Shown here: positions 39,361 through 48,948 of the stretch, in pieces
Layout: every line of letters starts with the position of its first letter
Position numbering within the stretch: the stretch's first letter is position 1
Source of the DNA: a virus
Lineage: Duplodnaviria; Caudoviricetes
Reading direction: 5' to 3' (one strand)
Virus record (IMG/VR): IMGVR_UViG_3300031994_000004
DNA: 64,000 bases
Translations under genes and position numbers: made by a program
Notes under the pieces: model-generated
The model's database searches: none
The model's input: the letters and a program-made list of their open reading frames with translations, nothing else
What the model was told of the DNA's origin: nothing

Positions 39361-39687
39361 ATGGCAATACCATCACAAAGTGAAATGTTTAAGAGAGTAT
39401 GTGGTTATACTCTGGGCCGTGATTATAGTAGAAGAAGAACATCTTCATTAAAATTTCTTAAAATTGGAGATGCTATGCTTCAAATTGAGAATTTGTATAA
39501 TAAGCAAATTCGTGTACAGAAAGTTTCTTTTGAGATTAACCCTGATGGAAAAGTTTCAACACATGCTGGTGGATATGAAATTATAAACACTATTGATGAA
39601 CTAAAGGATATGGTTAAACGATACAGATTAGCTTATCAAGAAATGAAAGCACTGGAAAAGAAATTGAAGTTCCAAGGAGATTTTTAA
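39361..39687 (+). CDS. DF-tail protein (unit gene B, copy 2)
   Basis: Ends KKLKFQGDF*. Confidence 0.8.
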   Translation: MAIPSQSEMFKRVCGYTLGRDYSRRRTSSLKFLKIGDAMLQIENLYNKQIRVQKVSFEINPDGKVSTHAGGYEIINTIDELKDMVKRYRLAYQEMKALEKKLKFQGDF

Positions 39688-40187
39688 TGAAACAAATTAA
39701 GTATTTGTTCATTTCGCAACCAATGAGCGGTTTAACGAATAACGAAATTTTGGATGTTAGACAAAAAGCAACACAGTTCATTTCGGATAAGTATCCTGAC
39801 AATGAGATACTTGTTTTGCCAAGTTATAAGGAACAACCTGACAATACTTACAATGCAACAAGCGCAGTTAATTTGTTGGGAAATGCCATTAGTCTTATGG
39901 CAAAAGCGAATGTAATTTACTTTGTTCCTGGCTGGCAAAAATCTAGGGGTTGTCAGATTGAAAATGAAGTAGCCCGTAGATGGTTAGAAGAAACAGGAGT
40001 TGAACTCATTGAAGATGGAATGGAAAAGGTTGATGTTGAATTAACTCCTGAACAATTAGAAATCTTAAAATCCGAAGCAGATAAAGCAGGTATGTCAGTT
40101 CATAAGTTCATTAACCTTAAACTGAAACAAGCAATGACTGACGGAACATTGGAAAAAATTGCTGAAGAAATTAAAAAATGCAGTTAA
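39687..40187 (+). CDS. DUF4406 / nucleoside 2-deoxyribosyltransferase-like protein with RHH-like tail
   Basis: FISQPMSG...IYFVPGWQKSRGCQIE; C-terminal VELTPEQLEILKSEADKAGMSV. Confidence 0.65.
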   Translation: MKQIKYLFISQPMSGLTNNEILDVRQKATQFISDKYPDNEILVLPSYKEQPDNTYNATSAVNLLGNAISLMAKANVIYFVPGWQKSRGCQIENEVARRWLEETGVELIEDGMEKVDVELTPEQLEILKSEADKAGMSVHKFINLKLKQAMTDGTLEKIAEEIKKCS

Positions 40188-40525
40188 CATTTATCCAAAA
40201 TAGGGATTTCATTTGTCATTGGCCTGGATGTAGATTAAAAACAAAGGACAGAAACCAAATTGAATTTCACCATATCGTCCCGAGAGAATTACACCCGAGA
40301 TTGAATCAGGGAGTTACTTTGAGTTTTTGTCCTTCACACCACAGAATGATTTTTCACCCGGAAAGCACTAAAGGTCCGCATAGTATAAATAGTCCAAACA
40401 AATTACAAATTTTGAACATTTATCCAGTGGCACCGAGTGGTTATGCTGTTGAATACAAACGATTTAACGATGAAATCTTCTTTGAATTTTTTGAAGGCGA
40501 TTATAGAAATGGAGAAGTAGAATGA
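40178..40525 (+). CDS. HNH endonuclease-like protein
   Basis: CHWPGC, EFHHIVP, CPSHHRMIFH. Confidence 0.7.
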   Translation: MQLTFIQNRDFICHWPGCRLKTKDRNQIEFHHIVPRELHPRLNQGVTLSFCPSHHRMIFHPESTKGPHSINSPNKLQILNIYPVAPSGYAVEYKRFNDEIFFEFFEGDYRNGEVE

Positions 40526-40807
40526 GCGGTAGTAATGATTATATAGTATGTAGTCGGTTGGAACGATACAAGTACAGTTTCCAGTAATGATTTAGGTACT
40601 TGGTCTTATCAACCATATACTTTGCGTGGTTCACAAACCACACAAGCAAGCAATACAGTAGATATAGGTATGGAAGAAAAACCACCTGTTTGTACAAATG
40701 AAGAATGGGAAAAATTCTGTGAAGAGGAGGGATTGGAAGATGGCAACGGCTACAGTACATACGCAAGTAACATCTACACAAACGCAACAACAACACTCTC
40801 AGCATAG
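40522..40807 (+). pseudogene. unit gene A copy 3, needs a +1 shift at AGT CGG T (40555)
   Basis: ATGA-coupled start with GGAG RBS; zero frame stops near 40587; +1 frame carries CTNEEWEKFCEEEGL. Confidence 0.5.
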
Positions 40808-41223
40808 TAATGCGACAGTAAGCAGTATTTCCATTTCAAATGGTACAGTTTCAAATGGTACTGGAACAATTAAAATTTCCAATACAATTTCCAATTTAGG
40901 GAATTACTATACTACTGCTAGCCCAAGTATTACTAATGCGGTGTGGAGTGTTTATACAAACTTTATGAAACCAAAATCATTTAAACTTCGGTAATACAAC
41001 TGTTTGTATTTACAACTGCGACAATAAGTACTTCATTGTTGATAATGTGCAGTTTTCATTTGCAACACAAGGTACAAATGTTACATTGATGGTTGGAACT
41101 TGTGGAACTACAAATTTGTCCAGTTTAGATGAAGTAAGAAATTATATAAAGTCAATGAAGATGTATTACTTAAAATGTAAGGAATTTGAAAAACAACTTG
41201 AATTAACTTCGGATTTCGCATAA
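40740..41223 (+). pseudogene. unit gene B copy 3 (DF-tail), needs a +1 shift at CTT CGG TAA (40989)
   Basis: tttaaacttCggtaat versus tttaaacttggtaat in paralog 38807; +1 frame GNTTVCIYN...KQLELTSDFA*. Confidence 0.65.
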
Positions 41224-41393
41224 ATAAAATATGGGAATTATAATACTTTGTACGATAATGATTTTGTTTTGTTCAGCAGTTCTTTATACACTGTTGAAAG
41301 ATAGAACTTTTGACCAGTCTAATGTGATTGGGATGGTTTTGTGCAGTTTAACAATTTTATTGTCAACTGCGACAATTATTATGAAAATAATGT

Positions 41394-41467
41394 AAGTTCA
41401 ACTTGAAACAAAATTTTATAAAGTTTAAAATGGACGGGTTTACAACTTGCCCATTTTTTGTTATATT
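41394..41467 (+). promoter_or_regulatory. variant promoter cassette with hairpin
   Basis: AAGTTCAACTTGAAACAAAATT; TTTACA 41439; TATATT 41462; AAAATGGACGGGTT/AACTTGCCCATTTT. Confidence 0.65.
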
Positions 41468-41496
41468 ATAGATAGAACTTAAATGGAGAACACTTA

Positions 41497-42207
41497 ATGA
41501 AGATTAACTCAAACTATCAAGATTATTATGATTCTGCGTTAGGGTCATTTTTGGGCTCCGAAGTTGTAATAAACAGAAAAGAAAAAGAAGTAGAAATTGG
41601 TAAAACTGAATTTCCAATTTTGTGCTATAATCGTATTCCAGATTGGCAAGCTGAAAAGCAGACTGTAGAATTTAATGGAAGAAAAACCACTAAAGGTTAT
41701 CCAATTACTTTGATTGGTTTTTGTGGTCAGTGGTTTTTTCATTGGCAAAAAGGTCATTTGACTGATGATTTCCGAGCTGTCACTGAACACCAGTATGTAA
41801 CCTATGACGAACTATTGAAGGACCACCAGGAACATACAATTTGTTATCAGTGGATGAAGTCTTGTAAAATTGAAGAACTAAATGACCCAAATAAAATCAA
41901 AGAATGGAATACTGACATTTTTGAAAAGTACGGTCCTGTGATTGTTATTCCTGAATACGAAGGAATCAACAAGTGGCACATGAATACTCAACACGAAACA
42001 TACAAAGCACAGTTATTCCCTAATTTGAAGAATTACGGATTTCAGCAGATGAAAGACCCATTTACTGCATTGTGGGAACTGGAACATTGGTATGACACAC
42101 ATGCCAGACCAGACGAAGCTATTGTTCCTGTTGGGGATGATTTGACCAGATTGAAAGCATACGGATTTGACGCAAAAACTTCATTTAGAAAATCTAAGGA
42201 GAAATAA
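41497..42207 (+). CDS. conserved phage hypothetical protein
   Basis: MKI...DYYD start; IGFCG; ends GFDAKTSFRK. Confidence 0.75.
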   Translation: MKINSNYQDYYDSALGSFLGSEVVINRKEKEVEIGKTEFPILCYNRIPDWQAEKQTVEFNGRKTTKGYPITLIGFCGQWFFHWQKGHLTDDFRAVTEHQYVTYDELLKDHQEHTICYQWMKSCKIEELNDPNKIKEWNTDIFEKYGPVIVIPEYEGINKWHMNTQHETYKAQLFPNLKNYGFQQMKDPFTALWELEHWYDTHARPDEAIVPVGDDLTRLKAYGFDAKTSFRKSKEK

Positions 42208-42464
42208 TGGTAAAAGTAAAAAGATTTCTAACTGTTTCGTTAGTCACATTAACTCTATTTTCATTGGGGATTGGTTTCCTGAGTATTAGAGCATTTACTT
42301 TATTGGGTTGGTTAATGCTAAGTCTTCAGATTGAATTGGGTATTTTTATTTTCGCATTAGCAGTAATCGGAATTATTCTCGGTTATTGTTGGGCAACTGA
42401 CGGAGACGAGGACGAATCATTTATTGACTATTCTAAAGATTTCATTGAATCTATTTTGGACTAA
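42207..42464 (+). CDS. membrane protein
   Basis: Hydrophobic segments. Confidence 0.6.
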   Translation: MVKVKRFLTVSLVTLTLFSLGIGFLSIRAFTLLGWLMLSLQIELGIFIFALAVIGIILGYCWATDGDEDESFIDYSKDFIESILD

Positions 42465-42466
42465 TT

Positions 42467-42697
42467 ATGCCGAAGTATTGGGGTGAAGGACCACACGAAA
42501 TGTATCACAGGAAAGAAGATGGACTGTGGTATTTTCCTGGTTCTATAAATGGATATGAAACACTAGAAGAAGCCAAAGAAGGTTATCGCAGACGAGAAGG
42601 AATGCTTAGTTGTAATTCATCTGATGTGGATAGTTGTCTAGCAGTTATTGCTATGATAGTTTCATTAGTTTTAGGTTTCATAATCATTGTCTATTAA
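42467..42697 (+). CDS. C-terminally anchored small protein
   Basis: C-terminal TM. Confidence 0.55.
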   Translation: MPKYWGEGPHEMYHRKEDGLWYFPGSINGYETLEEAKEGYRRREGMLSCNSSDVDSCLAVIAMIVSLVLGFIIIVY

Positions 42698-42706
42698 GGA
42701 GAAAAT

Positions 42707-43084
42707 ATGATTTATTTAATCATTGCAAGTATTGTTGTTTTTATGGTTTGCTTGGGCCTCATTCTACAAAAGCAAGCAAATGACGAACAGAAAGTTAGAG
42801 ATAGGCCCTGGAGAGTTGTAAAGAATGCTCTTGGTCAGTATCTCTTACAGCATTATTGTAAAAAAGAATTTGTTTATATCTCAGATAGAGATATGACACG
42901 ATATGAATGGAAGTGGGAAACTATAAAAACATACGAAGATAAAGATGAAGCTATTGCTATGTTGAATTACAAACTGGCAGAATTTGAAAATGAAGAAAAA
43001 GAAAAGAAACAAAAAGAAAATGATAAATTAGCAGCAAAGAAAGAAAAAGAACTAGCAGAAACTATCGTTGAGATTATTAAATGA
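42707..43084 (+). CDS. N-terminally anchored protein
   Basis: AAGGAG RBS; N-terminal TM. Confidence 0.65.
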   Translation: MIYLIIASIVVFMVCLGLILQKQANDEQKVRDRPWRVVKNALGQYLLQHYCKKEFVYISDRDMTRYEWKWETIKTYEDKDEAIAMLNYKLAEFENEEKEKKQKENDKLAAKKEKELAETIVEIIK

Positions 43085-43569
43085 ACATTAAAGAAACTAT
43101 ACAAAGGAAATTCCACATGGGACTGTTTAGATACTTAGGTAAGTTTGAAGAGTTATTCAAACAGGAAATTAACTGTGATAACATTTATACAAACTGTCTT
43201 TATTCAAAAGAACTTTTCCCAGATAAATGGAAAGGTATTTTGGAAAGTATGGGTGTTAAAGAAGATACACCTATATTTTCTGTCGGCCATGTAATAAATG
43301 GAAAACGATATGACGTTGTTACATTGTGTCCTCCAAAAGGTTCTGATTCTTATGTAGATTATTTCTTTAAGAAAGGTTCTATTTGGACTAGAAATATATG
43401 TAGAGCAGATTACAAAAATGATAAAGAATTTTGTAAAGAATTAGATGTCGCTTATCAAGAATTACAGAACTTGTTCTCATTTCTAAAACTATTTGAAAAG
43501 CAGATGGATGAAATGAACAGACTGATTAAAATTCAAAGTGACGAAAATAAGGAGATTAAACCATCGTGA
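43081..43569 (+). CDS. hypothetical protein (possible eroded DF tail)
   Basis: NRLIKIQSDE near the C-terminus. Confidence 0.65.
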   Translation: MNIKETIQRKFHMGLFRYLGKFEELFKQEINCDNIYTNCLYSKELFPDKWKGILESMGVKEDTPIFSVGHVINGKRYDVVTLCPPKGSDSYVDYFFKKGSIWTRNICRADYKNDKEFCKELDVAYQELQNLFSFLKLFEKQMDEMNRLIKIQSDENKEIKPS

Positions 43570-43731
43570 CTTATTCTCATACAGTTAAATTTATGTGTTC
43601 CAATCAAACTTACGAATTTACATTAGAAGACGAAAATAACGAAACTGAATATAAGAAAATTATGGCTCGGGTAAAATCCAAAGTATTTGACCAGGCTAAC
43701 ATTGAAGTTCTTTCTGTTGTAACTAATAAAA

Positions 43732-43797
43732 TGTAAAAATTATTTTACACGATTTTGGCTAAAAATCATTGACAACCATCGTGTATTTTGCTATATT
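43732..43797 (+). promoter_or_regulatory. promoter cassette with box
   Basis: Box 43732-49; TTGACA 43769; TATATT 43792. Confidence 0.8.
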
Positions 43798-43831
43798 TAC
43801 TTATGTAGAAAAGAAAACAAGAGGTTTAAAA

Positions 43832-44128
43832 ATGGATTTAACCACACTTAATGACAAAATTGACAACATCGTTAATCGTTACCCGGCTATCCACGTGAAT
43901 GTGGGAACGAATAACGGTCGCCACGAAGTGGTTTTGAGTTTCCATAATACGAATAATCATTTTGCTTTGATTGGTACAGTTACGCTTGACTTTTTCGCCG
44001 TGGTAAATCCGCTTACCTGTTGCGATAATGTGGATATGAGTTTTCTGTGCCGCTCCACATACATTGTAGAAAGTATTGAAGGCGAATGGCGAACTGCTAT
44101 GGAAGAAATTGTGAAGGAATTTGAATAA
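43832..44128 (+). CDS. hypothetical protein
   Basis: GAGGT RBS. Confidence 0.65.
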   Translation: MDLTTLNDKIDNIVNRYPAIHVNVGTNNGRHEVVLSFHNTNNHFALIGTVTLDFFAVVNPLTCCDNVDMSFLCRSTYIVESIEGEWRTAMEEIVKEFE

Positions 44129-44322
44129 TGGCAGACGAAAATAAAGAAAAGCCGGTTCTCGGCGAAATGATTGCGAATTTTCCTGTGGAAGAATTGAAGA
44201 AAGCAATGCTTCATATTGACCGATTTGATGAAGATGTTGTAACTGAAGAAAAGACCAAATCGGCTGAAGTTGAAGAAAAGCTGGAAGAAGTCTCACAGGA
44301 AATTATAGAGGATAATTTGTAA
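44128..44322 (+). CDS. acidic small protein
   Basis: TAATG coupling. Confidence 0.55.
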   Translation: MADENKEKPVLGEMIANFPVEELKKAMLHIDRFDEDVVTEEKTKSAEVEEKLEEVSQEIIEDNL

Positions 44323-44454
44323 TGAATAATGAACAGAAGAGTGGCTTCGGATGTTTGCTATTGTTCATATTTCTCATAATGTGTTGTAATGGCACAATTA
44401 GTCCTGGTCTATTTTTCGTTCTCGTATTTGTGTACTTATTCTTTGGGTAAACTA

Positions 44455-44892
44455 ATGAACTATAAGAAACTTTATAATAAATTCTGTAACTACTATAAGA
44501 AACTTGGGCGAAGTTACAATGACCCTCGTTTCACTGTCCACCATATCCTGTGTAGGTCTATGGGGGGTTTAGATACAGATGAAAATAAAGTTGCTATGAC
44601 TCCGAAGGAACATTATATTGCCCACAGAATTTTAGCACACGTTTACAAGAAACGAAATCCCGAAATTTGTTATCTTTTGAACAAGTTTGCAAATGGAATG
44701 AAAGGAACGGATTCACCGAAGTACTCAAATTTCAATTTCTACTTGAACCAAATTTTAACATTTAAGAAAAACGGAAAGCCAAAGAATTATGATTCTTACT
44801 GCGATGCACTTCGTGAAGAAATCATACATTTAATGGAACTGCCGATTGACAAACAAAAAATTACTAACAAACTGATGAATGCTTTCATCTAA
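44455..44892 (+). CDS. HNH homing endonuclease-like protein
   Basis: VHHILCRSMGG..TDENKVAMTPKEHYIAHRIL. Confidence 0.75.
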   Translation: MNYKKLYNKFCNYYKKLGRSYNDPRFTVHHILCRSMGGLDTDENKVAMTPKEHYIAHRILAHVYKKRNPEICYLLNKFANGMKGTDSPKYSNFNFYLNQILTFKKNGKPKNYDSYCDALREEIIHLMELPIDKQKITNKLMNAFI

Positions 44893-44926
44893 CAATAACC
44901 CCTAACAAAAAGGAAAAAACAAAACT

Positions 44927-46207
44927 ATGAATACAAAAGCAAAGGTATCACTTATTCTTCTCGCCATCGCGGTTGTCATTTGTGCGTTCTGTGCAAAGAA
45001 GCTCGTTGGCTACAAGCAGTCTACGGAATTGCTCGTTAAGCAGTCACCGTTCGGAACACTATCCTGCGTAGAAGGTCAGGGTCTTTATTTCCGAGGTTTC
45101 GCATCCATCTATCACTATGATTTGGCGAAGTCCTTCTATTTCAACTCCAGCAACGAAAAGGTTAATGGCGAAGGTTGGGAAGGTGACGAAGATGACGAAG
45201 ATGACATTTCCGTTACGCTTTCACGAAATGCTAACGCAAACATCTCCGGCTATCTTTTGTATGAATTGCCGACTGATTGCGATAAGTTGATTGAACTCCA
45301 TAATAACCAGAAGAATGATAAGGGAGTGAAGCATAATCTTGTGCGAAATGCTGTTCTCTCTGCGGTACGAAAGACTGCTCCATTGTTTACGGCTGAAGAA
45401 GCTAAGGTTACGAAGATTGCTGAGTTCCGCCGTCTCGCTGAAGACCAGTTGGTGGATGGCGAATACCTGACAACTACCGAAGTTCTCAAGGAGAAGGCCG
45501 GTGAAGATGAAGTAGATTCAACTGGCAAGGTCATTAAGAAGGCCGAAGTTCAGGAATACCGAGTTACCAAGCTCAAACTGGATGCCAATGGTCATCGTAT
45601 TCTCACGAAGAAGTCCGCACTCTCTCAGTATGGCATTGTAGTTAAGCAGCTTGAAATTCAGAGTGTAAAGCTGGATAGTATGGCACAGCGTCAGTTGGAC
45701 ATTGTGAAGGAACGTGAAATGCAGCGTGTGTCTAATGCTACCGCTGCTGAAACGGCAAAACAGAAGGCCATTACCGCAGAAGCAGAAGGTAAGGCAAAGA
45801 TTGCTGAAGCAAAGGCAGCTCAGGAAGTCCAAAAGATGACCGAAGTTACCCAGGCTGAAAAGGAACGTGATGTCGCAATTCTTAATGCGGAACGTGAAAA
45901 GGAAGTCGCTCGTCTAAATGCTCTCAAGGCCATTGAAGATGCAAAGAGAATTAGAGCCGAGGGTGAAGCTGAGGCTGCTGCTAACCGAGCAAAGGTTATC
46001 GCTGGTTTGACACCACAGGAAAAGGCGGAATGGGACTACAAGACGAAGGTTGGTATTGCCGAAGCTCTTGCTAAGTCCGAACACCCGATTGTTCCTACCA
46101 TTATGATGGGTGGTGCCGGTGACGGAAAGAATGGTGCTACCGCACTTGATGCTGTTGGTATGAAATACTTGATGGACATTGCTGATAGAATTTCTAGCAA
46201 CAAGTAA
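44927..46207 (+). CDS. SPFH/band 7 (flotillin-like) membrane protein
   Basis: N-terminal TM, VKQSPFG, long AEA/AQ-rich coiled coil, VPTIMMGG tail. Confidence 0.75.
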   Translation: MNTKAKVSLILLAIAVVICAFCAKKLVGYKQSTELLVKQSPFGTLSCVEGQGLYFRGFASIYHYDLAKSFYFNSSNEKVNGEGWEGDEDDEDDISVTLSRNANANISGYLLYELPTDCDKLIELHNNQKNDKGVKHNLVRNAVLSAVRKTAPLFTAEEAKVTKIAEFRRLAEDQLVDGEYLTTTEVLKEKAGEDEVDSTGKVIKKAEVQEYRVTKLKLDANGHRILTKKSALSQYGIVVKQLEIQSVKLDSMAQRQLDIVKEREMQRVSNATAAETAKQKAITAEAEGKAKIAEAKAAQEVQKMTEVTQAEKERDVAILNAEREKEVARLNALKAIEDAKRIRAEGEAEAAANRAKVIAGLTPQEKAEWDYKTKVGIAEALAKSEHPIVPTIMMGGAGDGKNGATALDAVGMKYLMDIADRISSNK

Positions 46208-46220
46208 TAAAAACCATTTG

Positions 46221-46263
46221 AGCCCGAACAATGTTGCGAAATGTTGTTTGGGCTTTTTTCTTT
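46221..46263 (+). terminator. intrinsic terminator
   Basis: AGCCCGAACAA...TTGTTTGGGCT followed by a T tract. Confidence 0.7.
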
Positions 46264-46277
46264 AAAACGAAGGAATT

Positions 46278-46595
46278 ATGGATATGAGACTGAGTTTATT
46301 CTTAATTATTGTCGCATTTGTTTTGTTTGCTTTTGCAGATCCATTTGGCTATCAAGTTAATTCACCAATTAAGTCAGTTCCAAAAGAACCATCTGTATTT
46401 AAAGAAAAACCACTTGTGATTACTGATGAGTCAGTTCTCGCACCAAAACCAGAACCAATTCAACACGAAGAACCGGTTAAAGAAATAACCAATGATTTTG
46501 ATGAATGTGTGGCAGATTGTAAGGCAAACAATGTTTCAAATTCTATAATTGAATTTTGTATTAGAGAAAACTGTGGGAAGATAAACAATGATTAA
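46278..46595 (+). CDS. secreted protein with C-x3-C-x12-C-x3-C tail
   Basis: Signal peptide; tail shared with 47001. Confidence 0.65.
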   Translation: MDMRLSLFLIIVAFVLFAFADPFGYQVNSPIKSVPKEPSVFKEKPLVITDESVLAPKPEPIQHEEPVKEITNDFDECVADCKANNVSNSIIEFCIRENCGKINND

Positions 46596-47004
46596 AAGAA
46601 GTGAATTTATTATTGGTTTGGTTATAATGTTCTTCTTGTTTCTGTTTGTCAATGGACTTATTGTCAGCGACATTAACGAAACTATGCGAACATTGAAGCG
46701 TCCAGTAGTTCTACACGATACAACTTCTGTTATGCGATATATTGACAGATACATTCACGATACTACTGTTATCACGCAGACCAAAACTGAATACATTGAA
46801 AAGGTTTCTTTGATTGGTAAAATGCAAGATTATGCTGAAGAACAAGGAACGGTTATCAGAATTGAAACTGATGAAAATTTGTTAGAATTTGATGCTAAGT
46901 TTGTCAAGATTCAATGTAATGGCAAGTTGATACCTGATGAAGATGGTGATTTGAATGAATGTGCCGGTGATTGGGTAATCACTGCAAAGGAGGAACTTGA
47001 ATGA
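46588..47004 (+). CDS. membrane-anchored protein
   Basis: N-terminal TM; HDTT repeats. Confidence 0.6.
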   Translation: MIKRSEFIIGLVIMFFLFLFVNGLIVSDINETMRTLKRPVVLHDTTSVMRYIDRYIHDTTVITQTKTEYIEKVSLIGKMQDYAEEQGTVIRIETDENLLEFDAKFVKIQCNGKLIPDEDGDLNECAGDWVITAKEELE

Positions 47005-47348
47005 AGAAGATAATGATTTTAATTAGTTTGTTTGCTGTTATGAGTTTTTCTTGCGATACTTATTGTAAGGAAAAACTTGAACGAATCGCAACATCACTTG
47101 AACGAATTGCGAACATAATGCAGAAGGAATACAATATGAAACTGGAAAATAAAACTACAGTTCGTGAAAGTTATCCAGCACCAGTTAAGAATTATGACAT
47201 ACAAGTTAACGGTCGCTCATTAAAAGCAGTTCCTACTTCTTCTATTTTTACTGAAGACGAATTTTTGACTTGTAAGAGCGAATGTAAGGAACGATTTAAA
47301 CTCTATACAGAAATTGAAGATTGTATTAAAAGATACTGTGGAGAATAA
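47001..47348 (+). CDS. secreted protein with C-x3-C-x12-C-x3-C tail
   Basis: Signal peptide MKKIMILISLFAVMSFS. Confidence 0.65.
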   Translation: MKKIMILISLFAVMSFSCDTYCKEKLERIATSLERIANIMQKEYNMKLENKTTVRESYPAPVKNYDIQVNGRSLKAVPTSSIFTEDEFLTCKSECKERFKLYTEIEDCIKRYCGE

Positions 47349-47680
47349 TGACTTACAAAGAATACAGAGAAACTTGTTTAAAAGCTGGGCTTCAGTTTGA
47401 GATAAAAGATTATTGTACTGATTCACCAGCTTTTGGTTATAGTGCTTGTTATCTTTATGATAATACATTGTATGTAATAGCAAGATTTTTTAAATGTGAT
47501 GGGAAATTGTATCACAATAATGTAAATGATAGCAGTCCTGGTATGGCAGTTATGCCATTTATTAGTAAGAACTGCGTTTTAGGTGGTGAACCTTTAATTA
47601 AGTTCATTGAGCAAAGTAAATGCGAAATCAAAAAAGATAAGATCAAAAAGAAACTTAAAGAAATGCAAACAGATTTTTAG
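47348..47680 (+). CDS. DF-tail protein
   Basis: Ends KKLKEMQTDF*. Confidence 0.8.
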   Translation: MTYKEYRETCLKAGLQFEIKDYCTDSPAFGYSACYLYDNTLYVIARFFKCDGKLYHNNVNDSSPGMAVMPFISKNCVLGGEPLIKFIEQSKCEIKKDKIKKKLKEMQTDF

Positions 47681-47682
47681 TA

Positions 47683-47711
47683 TTGACAGTGGCGGGATAA
47701 TTAACTATATT
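47683..47711 (+). promoter_or_regulatory. sigma70-type promoter (no box)
   Basis: TTGACA 47683, 17 nt, TATATT 47706. Confidence 0.7.
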
Positions 47712-47730
47712 ATAGTAAAGGAAAAGAATT

Positions 47731-48468
47731 ATGAAAACTATTAGACGTGGCGTATTTGAAACTAACTCTAGCACAACACACTGTGCTACTTACACAAAAA
47801 CATACAAGCATATCGCAGATATCCCGTTGCGAGATAAAAAGGAATTTCCTACACTCAATGCTGACGGAACATTGGATGTTGAACTGTTCGTTTATTGGGA
47901 TATGGAAGTTCGTGAAAGGGATGACATTGACCTTTCAAGTGTAAAAACAATTATTGAGTATCTTGCGGCTCACGCAGTTTTCTCTTGTCACGAAACGCTG
48001 TGGAGTAGAAAGAATAACGAAGTAATTTATCACTATAAAGATAATCACGCAAATCTGGTTCGTGATGTACAGAAAGCTTATCAAACAGTTGGATTGAAAG
48101 CTCCGACTGATGTTCGCCCATATTTCCTGGATGTAGGTGATAATAAGATTTACATTACTGAAGACAACATAAACAAGTGGTTCTTCCCATTTGAAGAATA
48201 CCCTTGGTTTGACAAGAAATCAGAATGGGATAAGTATATTAAGAAGACCCTTAAGAACAATCCTGATTCAGCTAATTGGCCTTATGCTAAGCACTTCATT
48301 GGAATGTGCGGTAATGATTTGTGCAGTTCTAGTTATGAATCCGCAACACAGTATTATGACGATATGGCTCACGGTTGGGATGGCAGTGACGATGAAAGCG
48401 AAGAAGATAACATAACAACCAATGATATGCTGACTAGACAGATGTCATTGAGCTTCTATCATACTTAA
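47731..48468 (+). CDS. hypothetical protein with N-terminal RRGVFETNSSTTH motif
   Basis: Distinctive N-terminal motif; two genes upstream of a radical SAM. Confidence 0.7.
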   Translation: MKTIRRGVFETNSSTTHCATYTKTYKHIADIPLRDKKEFPTLNADGTLDVELFVYWDMEVRERDDIDLSSVKTIIEYLAAHAVFSCHETLWSRKNNEVIYHYKDNHANLVRDVQKAYQTVGLKAPTDVRPYFLDVGDNKIYITEDNINKWFFPFEEYPWFDKKSEWDKYIKKTLKNNPDSANWPYAKHFIGMCGNDLCSSSYESATQYYDDMAHGWDGSDDESEEDNITTNDMLTRQMSLSFYHT

Positions 48469-48477
48469 GGAGAAATT

Positions 48478-48948
48478 ATGAATAAGTTAATTATTAACGA
48501 TATGCCAGAACTGTATGCCAAATTGAAGCCATACATTGAGTATCTTGAAGGTCTTGGATTTTATCCTACCAGAACAGATTTTACATATTTCCATCCTGGT
48601 GATGACGATAACTATGAATACTTCAACGGTTGGAATTACAAGCGTCAAGATACAACTGCGTCAGGTGGTTATCGTGAAGACTGGGTTGTAGATTTGGCAA
48701 GTTACACAAAAGAACCAAAGATTGAAGTTTATACACACAAAATCGTAAAAGCACCGAAGTATTATTTCGGTGGTGATAAGAATGTTTATCCATACATCAT
48801 TCAGAACCCAAATGACCAAGGCCATTATGAATCAAAAATTGTGGATAACATAAAAGATTTCAAAAAAGAAATTGGTAAGTATTTGAAGTTGATTAAAACA
48901 TTTCAAGAAAGGGCAAAGAAGCATGATTTGGAAAAAGACTTCACCTAG
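48478..48948 (+). CDS. DF-tail protein (WVVDL subfamily)
   Basis: Ends KKHDLEKDFT*. Confidence 0.75.
   Translation: MNKLIINDMPELYAKLKPYIEYLEGLGFYPTRTDFTYFHPGDDDNYEYFNGWNYKRQDTTASGGYREDWVVDLASYTKEPKIEVYTHKIVKAPKYYFGGDKNVYPYIIQNPNDQGHYESKIVDNIKDFKKEIGKYLKLIKTFQERAKKHDLEKDFT

Noticed and set aside
40740-40807. A third frameshift joining 40522 and 40740 into one gene
   Set aside because: ATG 40740 has a strong GAGGAGG RBS, and the paralogous units are also split at this point.
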